From Phoronis australis (taxonomy: Eukaryota; Animalia; Phoronida), in the NCBI GenBank assembly GCA_002633005.1, contig NMRA01000661.1, positions 1 through 64,000 on the forward strand: 64,000 nucleotides of DNA, given 5' to 3'. Shown here one piece after another: positions 50,930 to 64,000 of the stretch. The position numbers and the translations under genes are program-made. The notes below the pieces were generated by a model, which did no database searches, was not told where the DNA came from, and saw nothing but the letters and a program-made list of their open reading frames with translations. Numbering within the stretch: the first letter of the stretch is position 1; each line of letters opens with the position of its first letter.

Positions 50930-53900
50930 TTCAGAGTATTTTTAACTTTCGAATGCTGCTAAGTAATGAATCACATTGTCGTAGAATAGCACATCATATG
51001 ATGAACTTTGTTCGACTCGAAGAAGGGTTCATACATGTACATATATGTCGTAGTCATTATCTTGTTTACACACAGATTAAATGAGACGTCATGTGATGGA
51101 AGTATATTGTACATGTACCTGTGAGTATCATACAGAGCAATGTCCAAACATACATGTATTATGTACATGTACTGGCGCAAGTCGAAAACGAACGAACAAT
51201 AGCGAACATGCTCTCTACATTCACTGTTCCAGATGGCACACTGGTACATTAAACCTGACTCAAAAAGTAAGTATATCACACGTTTTTGCACAGTACGTTC
51301 ATTCCAAGAAATAAAGAACAGTTCATATGTAATTGTGTTCATTTGTATAATCCTGTCAATTCGATCTAGATATTTTATGAATTTTACCTTGCGGTGAGTA
51401 AACAAGATTTTATGAAAACGCTATAGAAAGGGGACGTCACAAACTTCAATGAACGAAACGAGTACGAGTTTTCGGGTTTCAAAAACATGGCTTAAATTCG
51501 AAATGTTTAGTACATGTACTGTTAAGGGGGCATTTCGGAGTATCGGCCATGATTAGAAAAAAGATTAGTTGAGCACTGGTCTGAAGTGATTAGAAATTTT
51601 CTGTAGTTACGTCGTCAACTAAAAATGGTCTTAACAGTCTTCTTTTTCTTCCAGAAGACCTTTGATTGTGACTTCGCGAGTAGCATGGTCGATTCCGCTC
51701 TAAGATTCCGATTAGCTTTTGCCATGCCCCTCATGTCGGCCAACACTCTTGATAAGCAATACCGTCATCTCGTTTCCCACAATGTATATTCGAACTTTTA
51801 CCAACCGCATTGCCGCGCCTTTATACCCAAGGGTCTATATCCGAAATTATGCTTTTTCCCAAGTGGTTCGCATACTGATGGATGCGCCTACGTTTCTCTT
51901 ATAAATCCAGGTAATGTATGCTACTGTACATAGGCCCATACATCAATTCGCGTACAGACGCATCCGTTTTGACTACTGCTGTGCCTCCTGCTGCTACTTT
52001 TTACGTTTGCCTCTTTATCTTTGGAGCTCCTTGGTATATTTTCAAGACATTTAGTAAGTAACTTTGTATTACTGCATTGCGGGGCCTTTAGGCCCCTGGA
52101 CCTATCTCCGACATTATGCCATTTTCGTGGCGTTTTTTACCCAAGAGGTATCGCACAGACGTCCATGGGCCTAATGGCGCGGTAGTAATTACCTCGCGCT
52201 CATTTTATACAGTTGTCTCGAATAGCTGTAGCCACGTCCCTGAAACAAAAATGATTCAGAATCGAGAAGAGTTTGCACGCTTAAACATATGGCTGTCACG
52301 GCATCTAAGTTTTAACCGGTGAACCTGTCAAGCGACAAAATTTCGCCAAAATTCTTGTCGCTCGACACGTTTTAACAATCTTCAATTAAAGGGGCCTGGA
52401 ACCAGAAAAAACAGACTAAATTGCGTTATTCAAAGTGGTTCTCTGCCACAGAAACAAATTTCAACTTCTTCATTAGGTATTTTTACGGTTTTTTCGTAAA
52501 GATTTATTTGAATTTCTGTTTATGTCAAAACATTTTTAGTTTAGTTTTAACGTAAATGTGGATCTCAAAACAAAACAATTACATTTTATTCTATAAATAC
52601 CTCCCTTAATATCTTAACTTTGATTTAGAATGTTACAGGAATCGAAATTAATTTAAAGACAAGCTTTTTAAATTTTTTTCACCAACCATTTATTCCGTCG
52701 TATGTCTTCCATTTTTGTCGTTGATTTAGCTCTGCCCAGTCATACACATTCAGTAATTTCCGCCGAGCACTACCGAGCGTTTTCGATTACGGCCATTTTA
52801 GTAAAATTCGACATTCATTTATAGGACTTGAGAATCTAATCTGATATGTACTAAACAATGGCGTAAAATGGCGAGAGTTTATATCTACTGTTGTACAAGC
52901 ATAACAGGCAGCGGCTACGATTTATTGCACCTGTGAACTCGCTGAATATGATGCAAGCATTCGGCTTCGTAGTGAATTTTACACCTTCGGAATCCCGTAC
53001 CCGGGGTTCCAGGTCAACTGCCATACGATTTATATTTACATATACCACCAGACATGCAGTTACAGAAGCCAGAAACAACACGATACTTGGTTTGTAAACT
53101 GACTACTTTGGTCACCGGTAAGACCGGTCCAGTGAATTACGATTTTATAAAATCACACTCTCGAGTGTCTCCGATAAAATGAACGAAAGATCACAGTTAT
53201 GCGAACTTGATTTTTACAAGAAAGGAAACCAAGAGGCAGGGCTATACATGTTGTTGTATTTCCAAACTTGTCAAAGTAGATCTAAGTAGCAACATAAAAT
53301 CATGGCTAGATCTCACTTCAGCTCCGTTATTTCTTAACCAATCTCGCAGCACAATTATCTCAGTATTTCTTTTTGTGCCCTTCGAAAATTGTTTATGATC
53401 TCTGATTTTTATTTTACACCGCGTCCGTTGTGCCGAAGACGTTAACAAGTCTATTCCCTATGGCCGCCGCCATTATTATGTCATGGACCGTGGCGACACC
53501 TATAGGGGATGTGTGTGCGCCGACGAAGTACGCGAGGCGTTGACTGCGACCGATTGTAGTTTGCCAATTTCAAAAATTGTCAAGCGTCTTTGTTTAAAAT
53601 AATGAAAACAAAAAACATGAGCAGTGTATTGGAAATACACAAAAGCAAAATATAGAGTATATCAAGAAAAAATGTGGTCAGTAAAGGTAAAATATACTGA
53701 AAATACGTCATAAGCAAGCGTGTGACTCAGTAGTCAGAGGTAAACAGGTGAAGTACATGTAGGTGATTGGATGGTCAGCAGGTACAGAACATCTAGGAGT
53801 TTGTATAGATCTGCTGAAGAAGAGGTAGGGGGGCGTACCTCAACCAAACTATTGAGACCTAAGAGAGCTTTCTCCAATAGTCCAGGTGCTAATATCAATT

Positions 53901-56318
53901 AATTAACAATTAATTATTAAAACTTTCAACGCACAAACTTTGTTTTAATATATAATTGAAAAATGTTTCCTACGCCAATGTCCAAAAACTGCGCTCTTAC
54001 CCTATCCAAACGGGTCCGGATCTTTTGTTTCTAAAATTCACACCTTACGACATAAAACATTCAAGCGGTTTATGCCCAGTTACATGAAATAGTCCCAAAT
54101 ATATACTCAATAGGGACAGATTTAGGATTTTTAAAGGGGTGGGGGTGGATCAAAGACTTTTTAAGAAGGGTGGGCCACGTGGACTCCTTATTTCCTGACT
54201 TATTTTAAACACGCAAAATCTAAGAAAATGACATCGTCATTGAGTGCAACAGGGTTTTCAAGGTACTACAAATATTACCAAAGTACCCACCAATGTAGGG
54301 CTCCATATGCTTTTAAAAGAACACTTCTTTCGACACTTCCAATGAAAAATTATCAACAAGGTTACCAAACCATACAATTAGTATTTATTAAGCACTGAAG
54401 TCCATACCATGATCATATAATATAGATTATTTACCAACGACAGCCAGATAGTTGACTGTATGAGATCACAAGAAATAATTTAAATAAGTTGCAGCTAGTA
54501 AATAAAAAGCAATCCATCAATAAATTAATGATAATAAATAAAGAATAAAGAATAAATAAAAAACAAATATATAGTAAATATGATTATCTTTTACATCTGA
54601 ATGTATAGAGACTGAAGAAAGAAATGAAAGAAAGCAATCGATGGGTATAGAATAAACTAATCAGTAATTCCCAAAATATTGCAAACAGTTTAAGATAACT
54701 TTCTATGTAAGCGATCAAAGGCAGGAAAAAGTAGACATTAAGTTCAAATCATCCACTCCATCACTGGTTGACTGGCAACAGTTTCACGCAAAAACAGCCT
54801 TTGTTTCAGTCGTGAACATCATCTATCTTAATCAGAGGGAAAACAAAAAAGCAGAAGTCACGAATTTTTAATTAACTGTTGCTGCAGCCACGGGCATTGC
54901 AAAAAGCACCATTGCGTTTTTACCGACTGGCGCCGTCATATCTTGCCATATTTGTTTATTGCACACACGCTTGCTAGTCGTCTCTACGGTCCATGAAACA
55001 AAAATGGCCCCCAGTGGCCGTCCAATGGGATTTCGCTAGGTGGTTTGTCGCACTATGGTCTCTTCTCCGCCGACAATTAATCACGTGATTTTAAGAATTC
55101 GAGCAGACTCGATTACGTTGTTAAAACTGAGTTATTATTATTAAATTGCGATGTACCCAAATTATTCATACATGTATGTTGAAATTATCAATACCTTATT
55201 CGAGTAACTGTAAAAACTACTAGTTGCCACAGTCAAAAAACCTCAGAAAGTGATATGGTGCCGAATGTACACTTCTCAATCACCGCCGTGCGTTATTGTC
55301 GATTTCTCGAGTTACGAATTTTGAGTTTATTTAAACTTTGAACTTATAATTCTCGACGATGTGCGATCGGATTGCTATGAAATTTTGAATACACGTGCTT
55401 GCTACTTGTTACCTACCAAAGTGAAGTGGATCTCGGAATCTTGATTTAGCTCCTAGTTTTTTGGAACGGAGCCTTCAAAAATCAAGAGTACGGCCGTTTT
55501 TGCTCAAAGACCTACATGTAATGTCAGGAATCTGAGATATGGCTCCCTCGAAAATGCCGTTATCAACAGGTTGACAAAACACCAATATAATTGGAGCAAC
55601 AATACAGTGTATTTGTAAAATCTCTGTTCAAAGTCAAAATTTGTTTCCTAAAAACACATTTCGCGTGAAAAATAAAGACAAAAAATAAGATTAATAAATT
55701 TTGTTAGGAAATTTTTTCACCTTTCAGAAAATATGTACTTTATAGGGGTTACAGGTAACAGAGTTAAAGATAATTGCAAACAAATACAATCTGGTAAGCA
55801 TGGTTCACATTTACCTCAAATTTCGAAAAGACGATCTGTCAACTGCTCAAAGCTTCGTCTATTTTTCCCACAAAGCAAAGCACATCTTATTATTTGGTAT
55901 GACAACAAATAGACGTAGTACATTTCTCTTTAGTATGGAAACGTGACCTTTGAAATTTGATGTAAACAAAACAACGGCGCATTTAAGTAGCAGTCATTCC
56001 GATTAAGAGGTAATCGATGTTTAAAACTGTTTAAAATTAGTTATAAACGGATCGTACTAGTATCTAGAATTATTTTTGGAAAATTGCTTGCCTCACTGAA
56101 TAGCGTCATGTGATGTAGACCTTAGATTCGTAGTGCGACCACAAATATTAATTTGCCTTTAAAATCTATCTTGTCAGTCAGCAGTGAACGATTTGATCAC
56201 AAGTGGGACGACTCGACAACCTTCATATATCTGCAGAGAATTCCATTGCCTGATACAGTTGTCAGTGAGTACATTTACTTGTGCGTGTTGCGTCTAGCTG
56301 AAGACTGGAGGTCAACAC

Positions 56319-56544
56319 CAGTGGCAGATCTACGTTTTCAATAAGGGGGGCTTAGGATTTGCGCCAATCCGAAGAGCCTAGCACCGAGCGGATGGAAGAG
56401 GTGATCCTCCTCCAGTGTATGATTTTTTTAGATTTTAGTAACTGAGGTCGTTTTACTGGCGACATTTGTTAAAGTTTCTATTTTTGATCCTGTCCCGATG
56501 GGTGATTTGAACGCCCTGAACCTTCCTCCGTAGAACAGCCTCTG
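56319..56544. mobile_element. hAT-like MITE (family of 40456-40654)
   Basis: cagtggcagatctacg ... cgtagaacagcctctg. Confidence 0.6.
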
Positions 56545-57052
56545 AACATTTACATGTAAATGTTCAAAAAGTTGTTGGTGTCGTCATGATGGATCTAAGG
56601 ACGACATTAACAGACGATTTCATAAGGTGGTTTAATACTTATAACCGGTTTTAAGACTTAAACCCGGTCTTCCTAAATTTGGTCTGATTTTAGACATAAC
56701 TCGCATTTCACTATCGTGGTTTAAAAGTTTGAGTGCCTGTTTCTGCTGGACCAGGGAGCGGGTTAAGTAAAACCATGTTTCAAAGTTCCCAAGGCACCCA
56801 GTTGCAAATCACAGCTATTCAAAAATGCTGGTTTTTCTTGAAGTTTTTGCAAGCAGCGGTTGCCAAAGACATTTGACGAAATTTGGAATGTGGGATCTGC
56901 GCAATTATATTTTAAAAACATATACCTGATCTGTTCACGTTTCCTGCACAGGAATTAGCAACCCAAAATTAAAAAAAAATCTCTATAAAGAGACCACCTT
57001 CAAAATTTTGGCGTCCACCTCTGTTTCCGGTTCCGATAGACTAAGATCTCGA

Positions 57053-60000
57053 TACCCTCTGACACAGCGCCACCTATACTGCAAAGTGGCCCTGTGGAAA
57101 CATGTGAACGACACACGGAATTCCGTTTGTGGGCATCAATGCGCATGCCTTGGTTTTACTTCCGATGTAAACAAAATGGTTCACTGTGTGCGTAAAAAGG
57201 TACCGGGTATATTGCTTTGTGTTCTGTTGCACTGGAATAATAATCATTTTGATGGAGTGCATTTGAACTCATACTGAATCTAATTTACTGATTTTAGACG
57301 TTTTATGTTCACGTTAGTTGTATAAAGTTCGAAATTGTGAACTTTCTAAGTCGTCATAGTTGGGTCTGGGACCGGTGCCAAGCTGGCTAGTAAGCCAAGT
57401 CCAAGCGCGAGCGTGTTGGGTAGCCCTATGTTTAAAAAATACCGTGGTCAGTGCCTGTGGTGCCAAGCTGATTAGCTTTGCGTTTTTATTGTCTTCTGTC
57501 TTTACAACTTCGCCAGAGTGTTTTTAGGTTTTTGATGTGATCAATTGTTACTTTGTCTAATATCAGGTCAGATAGTGTTTGTGTGAGCCAGAGGCTGAAT
57601 ACTGTGCTTGTGTTTGATAAGTTGTTAAGATACAGTTCAAACTTTTCAGGTGATCAAGGCATGTCAAGTAGGCTAATACACCTGTGAAGACTCAGAGTCG
57701 GTCTTGTCGGTGTCTGCAACTGTCCACTCACCAAGGGACGTTTTTCTATTATTGAAACATTTAGCATTGTATGGTGGTGTCAATATTTTTGAGGGGATTA
57801 TCTGCATAAATTGTGAAAGACTCTTACAGACGATTCACACCAAAGTGACTCATTTCAAATCAAAAATTAAACAAACTCAGAAGTTGTGCAGACCCAAACG
57901 TTGTGCGGTGGAGAGCCCAACTCTACCCTCGGCCAGATCTGAAGTTAGAGGTGACCAGCGCTGAGAAACCCGTCGCAAACTTATTGAGCTCCAGCCAGCA
58001 TCGGCTGTTCAAGAAGTACAGAAACGCGCAGCAGCTGATGAGAATATTTGCAGTGATTTAGCACTGAACACTTCTCGAAATCTACACGTGCATCTTCGTC
58101 TGAAAAGAAGGTTGTTGAAAGAGCTTCTAGTATTTTGAAGGATGAAGAACTCAAACATGCCATTACAGAACAACGTATGAAGGAAAATGATGCTATAGCC
58201 GAATCCATAACTGGCTCAAAGCATGGATGTATTTCTCATTTGCAAGTAAAGAACAAAAACTCTTATGACACGTTATTCCAGTTTGACTGGACCATCATTG
58301 ACAATGAGATGAAACTTAAATTTCCGGTGTTGTTCTCCCATATTGTAGGGGTTACATGTATGTTAACTCCTGACAATATGTCAAGCGGAAAGAAGGTAGA
58401 TAGCATAATACCAAGAATTTCTGTTATAATGCCCTGTGCATGCAATCTAGAAGTCAGCCTCTTTGTCTGGTACAGAGAGTGATATCGTACATTGTATGTC
58501 CTGTAAAGTATTTTAGTGGACGTTAAGGTGTGTCACGTTCATCTTGGCTTAAAACAATTTTATTTTAAAGTCAGTGAAAATTGTGGCATTTTAGTACAAT
58601 TTACAATGCATGCCCATAGCCAGAATAAGAAAATGTAGAAAATTTCAAACAACAAATACTAATTGATGCAAATCTGAATAGTTTTCTTCAACAACTTGTA
58701 TTTCAGATAAACATAGCATCTCTTTTGATAAAGTTCTCTCTGTGGTCTATGTTTGTTAAACAGTGAACCAATGCATGGGCAGGTAATACATGAATACAAT
58801 GCTACCTTGAAGGAGAAACATTTAAAGTTATTTTTGTTTTATTTTTTAAATTGTCACTGCTACTTAAGGTGTAACCAGCCAAAATTCTACTACAGTAAAA
58901 CCTTGTTTGAATGAACCTGTTTTTAACGTTTGCTCACTCATTACATCCTTTTCCGTAAGTCCTAAGACAGCTATACCACTTGGAAATTACTTTGGTTTAA
59001 TTTAACTTCAGATACAACGGGTTTTTTCAAAAGTCTTGAGAGGTTTTGTTATAACATAATTTTACTGTGTGTAAGTACTTCACGGTATATTGTTGACCTT
59101 TCTCTATGTGTAAGGGAATGTACAAGCCAGGTGGTAGGAGTGTGCCTTCTACAGCTTAGATTTCTGTTTCCAGTGTCAAGAGGGATGCTAATAACCCTCC
59201 TGGCATATCTTGTAATGACTGCGGCCTTTCGAACTTTAATTTATAGATGCTTCTTCTGACTTTCTACTTTGAGAGATGCTTAATGTTCTCTAGCGTCACT
59301 GGTGTGTGACTGCGTAAGCATTTTGGGGACTAATTATTGGTTAATGTGCATGCTCAAAATCTTTGAAAACCTATAAGAAATGAAAAAATATTCAATGCAT
59401 GGTAAAAATTCTCCAGCTTGGGACAATGAACTTTTTAATTATTTTTGCTCAGTGTCAGAGGTTGTACCGTACTAAATTTTGAAAGTAGGCAATAAAGGGT
59501 ATACCATTATGTTGTTGAACAGCTGATTCTACTTTCACTCTGTTGATATAAAATGCATTGCGAAATTTAATATAAATGTAATGGACAACTCCAAAATAAA
59601 TCCTTGTCTCTAACCATGAAAATTCATCTTTGGTTGGTCGTATTTTAGTGGCTGGCCCAAACTGGAGAATATAAATATAGACTAAAAGTGGGTGGACCCT
59701 CAAGAAGAGGTATCGTTGCCGCACTCTCACTGCTTGTGATCATTTTTTAGTGCCTGTGCCTGCACACATACACACTGGGATTGGAAATCAGCTTTTCCTA
59801 GAACATTGTTGTCTAAAGCAAGCACTTTTGTTTGTTTAAATATCAAAATAACTTTTGTGGAAACTGGTGGTATATATCGTAGTGTACTTAAGTATGCCTG
59901 TTTTGATCATACTGCATTCGGATAAAATTCCGGTTCCATGATGAGATGCTGATCAAATAATTGCAGTTGTCATTCTTAAAAAAATGACATCTAGCTCTGA

Positions 60001-61131
60001 GGAATATGCACATTTTTGGAAATTGCCTATTTTGTCATGATTATTGGCTGTTACAATTAAATCTGCAGCTGTTGTTTACAGAGTGTACATTATGTAGTCA
60101 TAAAGAAACTGTTATTATTTAAAAAATGAAACTGTTATTAATCCTGATTGAAGTGCGCAAATTTTCCAGGCATTTGACCGTGTTTCTGCTATTGGTATAA
60201 TTCTTAATTTATCACTATGATAATTTGGTGCCAGGCATTTAACAATAATAAAATGTTTCTGTTAAGAATTGTTTCTGCTCAGGCAACTTGAATTTTAAAA
60301 TTTTGCAGATCTGCTGCTCTAAGTTTCTTATCCTTGTCATCTCTGATTTTGTGGATTTTGTTAAATGGCTTTCAGATTCGGTATTGAAAAATTTGATGAT
60401 CAATTGTTGGCCGTGTTAGAGTTCGTGAGGCTTGATTTTAGCAAGTCTCCGATTGTTATCACCTTCTGCTTGTCCCCTTGCCAAACCAGATCAAGGCTAT
60501 GTTGGCCATTGTGATCGACTACTAGCAGGGGCGGATCCAGAATTTGGAGTTAGGCGGGGCCAGGGGATAACCAGAATTTCGGCAGATGNAATAGAGCCAA
60601 GTTACGTGACCTCATGTAATTATGAAAACAAAGTTAGTGTTCACCAGTTCACTTTCTTCACCAAAAGGAAGAATTAGAGCTTCGCTATATACATGTATCT
60701 CTGTTGGGCCAGAATGGCATTCAACGGGCTGATTACTAGACAATCAGACTGCTCAAATTGTCCCCGGGTTGCAAGCAAGTACGTGTAGATACATGTAGGC
60801 AGTACTTCCATCATCCCGTCGGCAATATACCGACCACATCGCCACCACTGACACACACCTTTATACATCGTTTTTGTTTCGGCTTAAGCCACTGTATCGG
60901 GGTCTTCTTGTTCTTATTCACTTCCACCACTGTCCGTTTTAATAAAATGCAGCTATTTAAGTCCGTGGTCGCCACACTTCGTAATCTGTAAACTGAAAGG
61001 GGTTTCCCAACTTTCAACCAATGGGAATGTCTGAATGTTATGACGTCAGTTTCATTACTTTAACCAATGGGAGGCCATATTAAACAGCATTGTACAGTGC
61101 TAACTTTCGTTTAGCACTGTGATAGAGTGTA
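57053..61131. mobile_element. Internally deleted AcademH-like DNA transposon (transposase-like N-terminal remnant on +, RecQ-like helicase remnant on -)
   Basis: Perfect 9-bp TSD AGATCTCGA at 57044-57052 and 61132-61140; imperfect TIRs taccctctgacacagcgc / gcactgtgatagagtgta; helicase motifs LKPKQ..GGDVVGILPTG and LVISPLNAILAQQ (60900-60700, broken); + strand ICINCERL and LFQFDWTIIDNEMKLKFPVL (57790-58480). Confidence 0.8.
58893..59067. mobile_element. Small Tc1/mariner-type MITE nested in the AcademH-like element
   Basis: TA|cagtaaaacc ... aattttactg|TG. Confidence 0.45.
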
Positions 61132-62658
61132 AGATCTCGATGGTTAGGCTCATTTCTGAATCAACCAATGGCATTCAAGTTCAAACTAGGTCATTAGTTT
61201 AAATGTCGACATCTTTCTTAAATCACAACATCAATTACGGCGCAGAATAATTCAGCTACAAGATGACGTCGAGGGCATGGCATGTGGAAAATACATATTT
61301 ATAGGCCTTTTTCACGAAGTCGCCATGTTAGTAGTGAGCCTCTTTTTAGGTTTAATAAACAATGCATTTGAGTCATCAATATAACAAAGCATGCGAAAAA
61401 ATCACGTTTTGAGCTGTATTTAAGGACTATCGCAAAGCAGACTATATTTTACGCCACTGCAGGCGGTCGACGGAAAGTTGAACGCTGCGAGCAGATGATT
61501 GCTTCATTAAAAAAACACATTCTCGTTATTACGTCTTGATTTCCTGTAAAGACCTTAGATCCTTGGGTAGATATACTGTATGCATCCACAACCAAACGTT
61601 TTTGTTGGATTTAAATTAGATTTTGCCAGATTTTACTAACCACTGACCTTACTCAGTTTGACTTATTTACATGTATGATGAACCAGATTGAAACTTCAGC
61701 GAGGCTCAAAAATAGCCGCCTGATCACCGTGCGTCGGAATTTTCATCGGTAAATCTTTTCTATTTTTAGAGCAGTAAAACTGACTTTTCAGGAACGATGC
61801 ACTGAATTAATGATTAAGGTAACCCAAATGATTGAGCCCAATAAAATTTGGCGTTGTACACACGAATTTACTCCACCACCAGACTGCACACCAACCGTGA
61901 AATACGGCTTCTACCGTTGAATACGGCTTCTATCGTGATAGATTTGCTCTACATGTACTTTCCCCGCAGTTGAATACGTCACATATACAATGGCCATATT
62001 TTCACATATACGGGATAAATATAGATTATTACATGGCGAAGTCGTTATCCCCCGTTATCTAGAGCCCGAGTGGATTTTGGAGAATTATCGCCCGAGGGGC
62101 GTTAGCCCCGAGGGTGACAGTTATCGCCCCATTGCAATGTTTCTCGTTCAGTATGTGGTATAAATAGATTATTACATGTCCTCAGTCGTGGGAAATCAGG
62201 CATAGAAAATGCAGATTTAAAAAAATGAACCATGGTCAGTTTCTTCGTTATTATTTTTTCCGAACGGTGGCGAAAATCTTAAAAACGACTGCATCATTTA
62301 ATTATAAGTGGCTAGCAGCTTTTTTCAAAGAGGTAATTAAGAGACTCTCTTCAGGCCAAATGACATCTATTAAGTGTATTATAACTCAGTTTTGCTAATT
62401 CTAGCTCAATTTTGTAAGCGATACAAACATCTGGCACTCATGCAAGATACAGACTTCATTTTGAGTAGACGGTGATTTCAAAAGGAGTTTGTGCCAGAGC
62501 GAGTTCATCCAATGAATCTGGCATGGTTTATTGAGCTGAAAACCAAACAGAATGGCTGAGTGCCACATGTACGATGAAGTTGCCATTGTTTTAAAACAAT
62601 TCACAGTTAGATTCAATCGGAAAGACCTGTAGAAATCCAGCTCAGTTCACTTGGACGT

Positions 62659-62718
62659 CTAAATTTTATTGTACGTGTCCCGGCGACATCGATCGATGAA
62701 GAGAAGCCTAAACCCATC
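62659..62718 (-). CDS. Last exon of a second M6PR-like paralog; remaining exons not found, presumably beyond the window
   Basis: Strong acceptor tttctttactctttttag| DGFRLLFIDRCRRDTYNKI*; same 60-bp length as exon 39359-39300. Confidence 0.85.
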   Translation of the reverse strand, partial: DGFRLLFIDRCRRDTYNKI

Positions 62719-64000
62719 CTAAAAAGAGTAAAGAAATGAAATTGACCTACAGTAAACGAGGGCGATGCATAAATAAACTGTTTTGAAATTAGTACATGTA
62801 AATACTTACTAATGACCAAGGAAAAGGATTTTGGGAACATTGTAATGTATATCAGGAAAAATTACCACTTTTCTTAGGAAGTCCAAAGCTCTATTGAGCA
62901 CCACTGCACTCGTTTTGACAAAAAACAACGTTTAGGATCAACTCTGTACTATAACTGATTCTCACAACACTGCACCGAACTACTGAAAATAAATGAAAAG
63001 TGGGCTAAAGCTCCTCAGTAGCAACATTGTTACAGCCATCCCAATCATAATTCTTTACTAAACATGTTATTACAGTAACAATCTGGTCACAGGTTTAGAC
63101 ATTTAAATGCTGAAACAACATGTAACTCCACAAAGAAATCTAATACACGTCATTGAAAGAAAGCTACAACCTAGCCAACACTCAGCTCAGTTAAAGGGTT
63201 AGTTTACCAACTAGCTACAACTGTACAAACATAGATTAAAAGCTTTTTTATATTTGGTATGAGCATACCTGAACATACCTAATCATAGCCCAAGCTTTAT
63301 CCTAGGGCCAAAAGAGTTGCTTTTGGTTACACAGTTTCAGTCTAGATCATGCTGTGTCTAATGCAATTATACACAGCAAACATCCCGGGTATCAAGTTTC
63401 TCCACAAAGGAGTTTAGAAGCAGAACGCATTGTGATAATCTCGTGACTTTTACTCTTCAAATTAATGTAACTTCTCCCATAGTTGGACAATTTCTTTTTT
63501 TTTTTTCATCTGAAGTTGCCGAAATGTATTTCCTTTAGGATAATGCAGCGCTAATTCAAAAAAATAACAGTGGTCAGCACAACTAAATTGGACATCTGAA
63601 ACGCATAGAAAATTGCTCCCGCTGGGGATCGGGCTCAAAATCTGAAGTGTCGACGCCAGCCAAAGCTAGTCGTTCCCGACCATAGTGAGCAAAACACGGG
63701 TCACTCGACACTGAAGAAAACTTGGCACACGTCAGAACCTGCAAATGGTTTTGTTTGATATTTGCATCTGGTAACAGTGGTGCCTTAGTCATGACTATGC
63801 TAAGCACACAAGGCAAGGTAACTATAGGGCTTTCATTCAGGTTTAGTTTAAATTGTCCAATTTATTTGTTTTGTCCTCTTTTATGGCACCAAAAAAGAGC
63901 ATATTACCCAGGGACCCTCGAAGTTGCCAAATCATCACTAGGAAGTATAACCTGGTTCTCGTTATTGGCGTCAAAGGTGCACATAGTTTTGTCTTCCAAT

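Noticed and set aside
66-63816. Most ORFs in the six-frame track
   Set aside because: Short, no recognisable domains, often antisense to or out of frame with real exons; expected by chance in intron-rich DNA.
1-64000. tRNA, rRNA or other structured RNA genes
   Set aside because: None recognised by eye; tRNAscan-SE/Infernal would be needed to exclude them.

Overview
Animal (invertebrate-type, AT-rich, TACATGTA-rich) genomic DNA with GT-AG introns; almost all ORFs in the supplied track are spurious. Exons were assembled by hand from splice sites and reading phase. (1) + strand, 108-31267: the 3' 17 exons of a large type-I membrane protein with 7 tandem CUB domains, one TSP1 repeat, a transmembrane helix and an ~80-aa Tyr-motif tail. 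From recall, the CUBs look collinear with cubilin CUB18-24, so this appears to be a cubilin-derived receptor with its own membrane anchor. One exon junction (12801) is 1 nt out of phase. (2) - strand: a tandem family of cation-dependent mannose-6-phosphate-receptor/ATG27-like (single MRH domain) genes: one complete 7-exon gene (50929-39300, 261 aa), the last exon of a second paralog (62718-62659) and a pseudogenised 3' copy (34015-33054). (3) Transposon relics: an internally deleted AcademH-like element with a perfect 9-bp TSD (57053-61131), an AcademX-like fragment, a THAP-DDE ISL2EU/Harbinger fragment, a 5'-truncated LINE with a 12-bp TSD, and several MITEs. A ~1-kb near-identical duplication at the N at 35058 is probably an uncollapsed haplotype.
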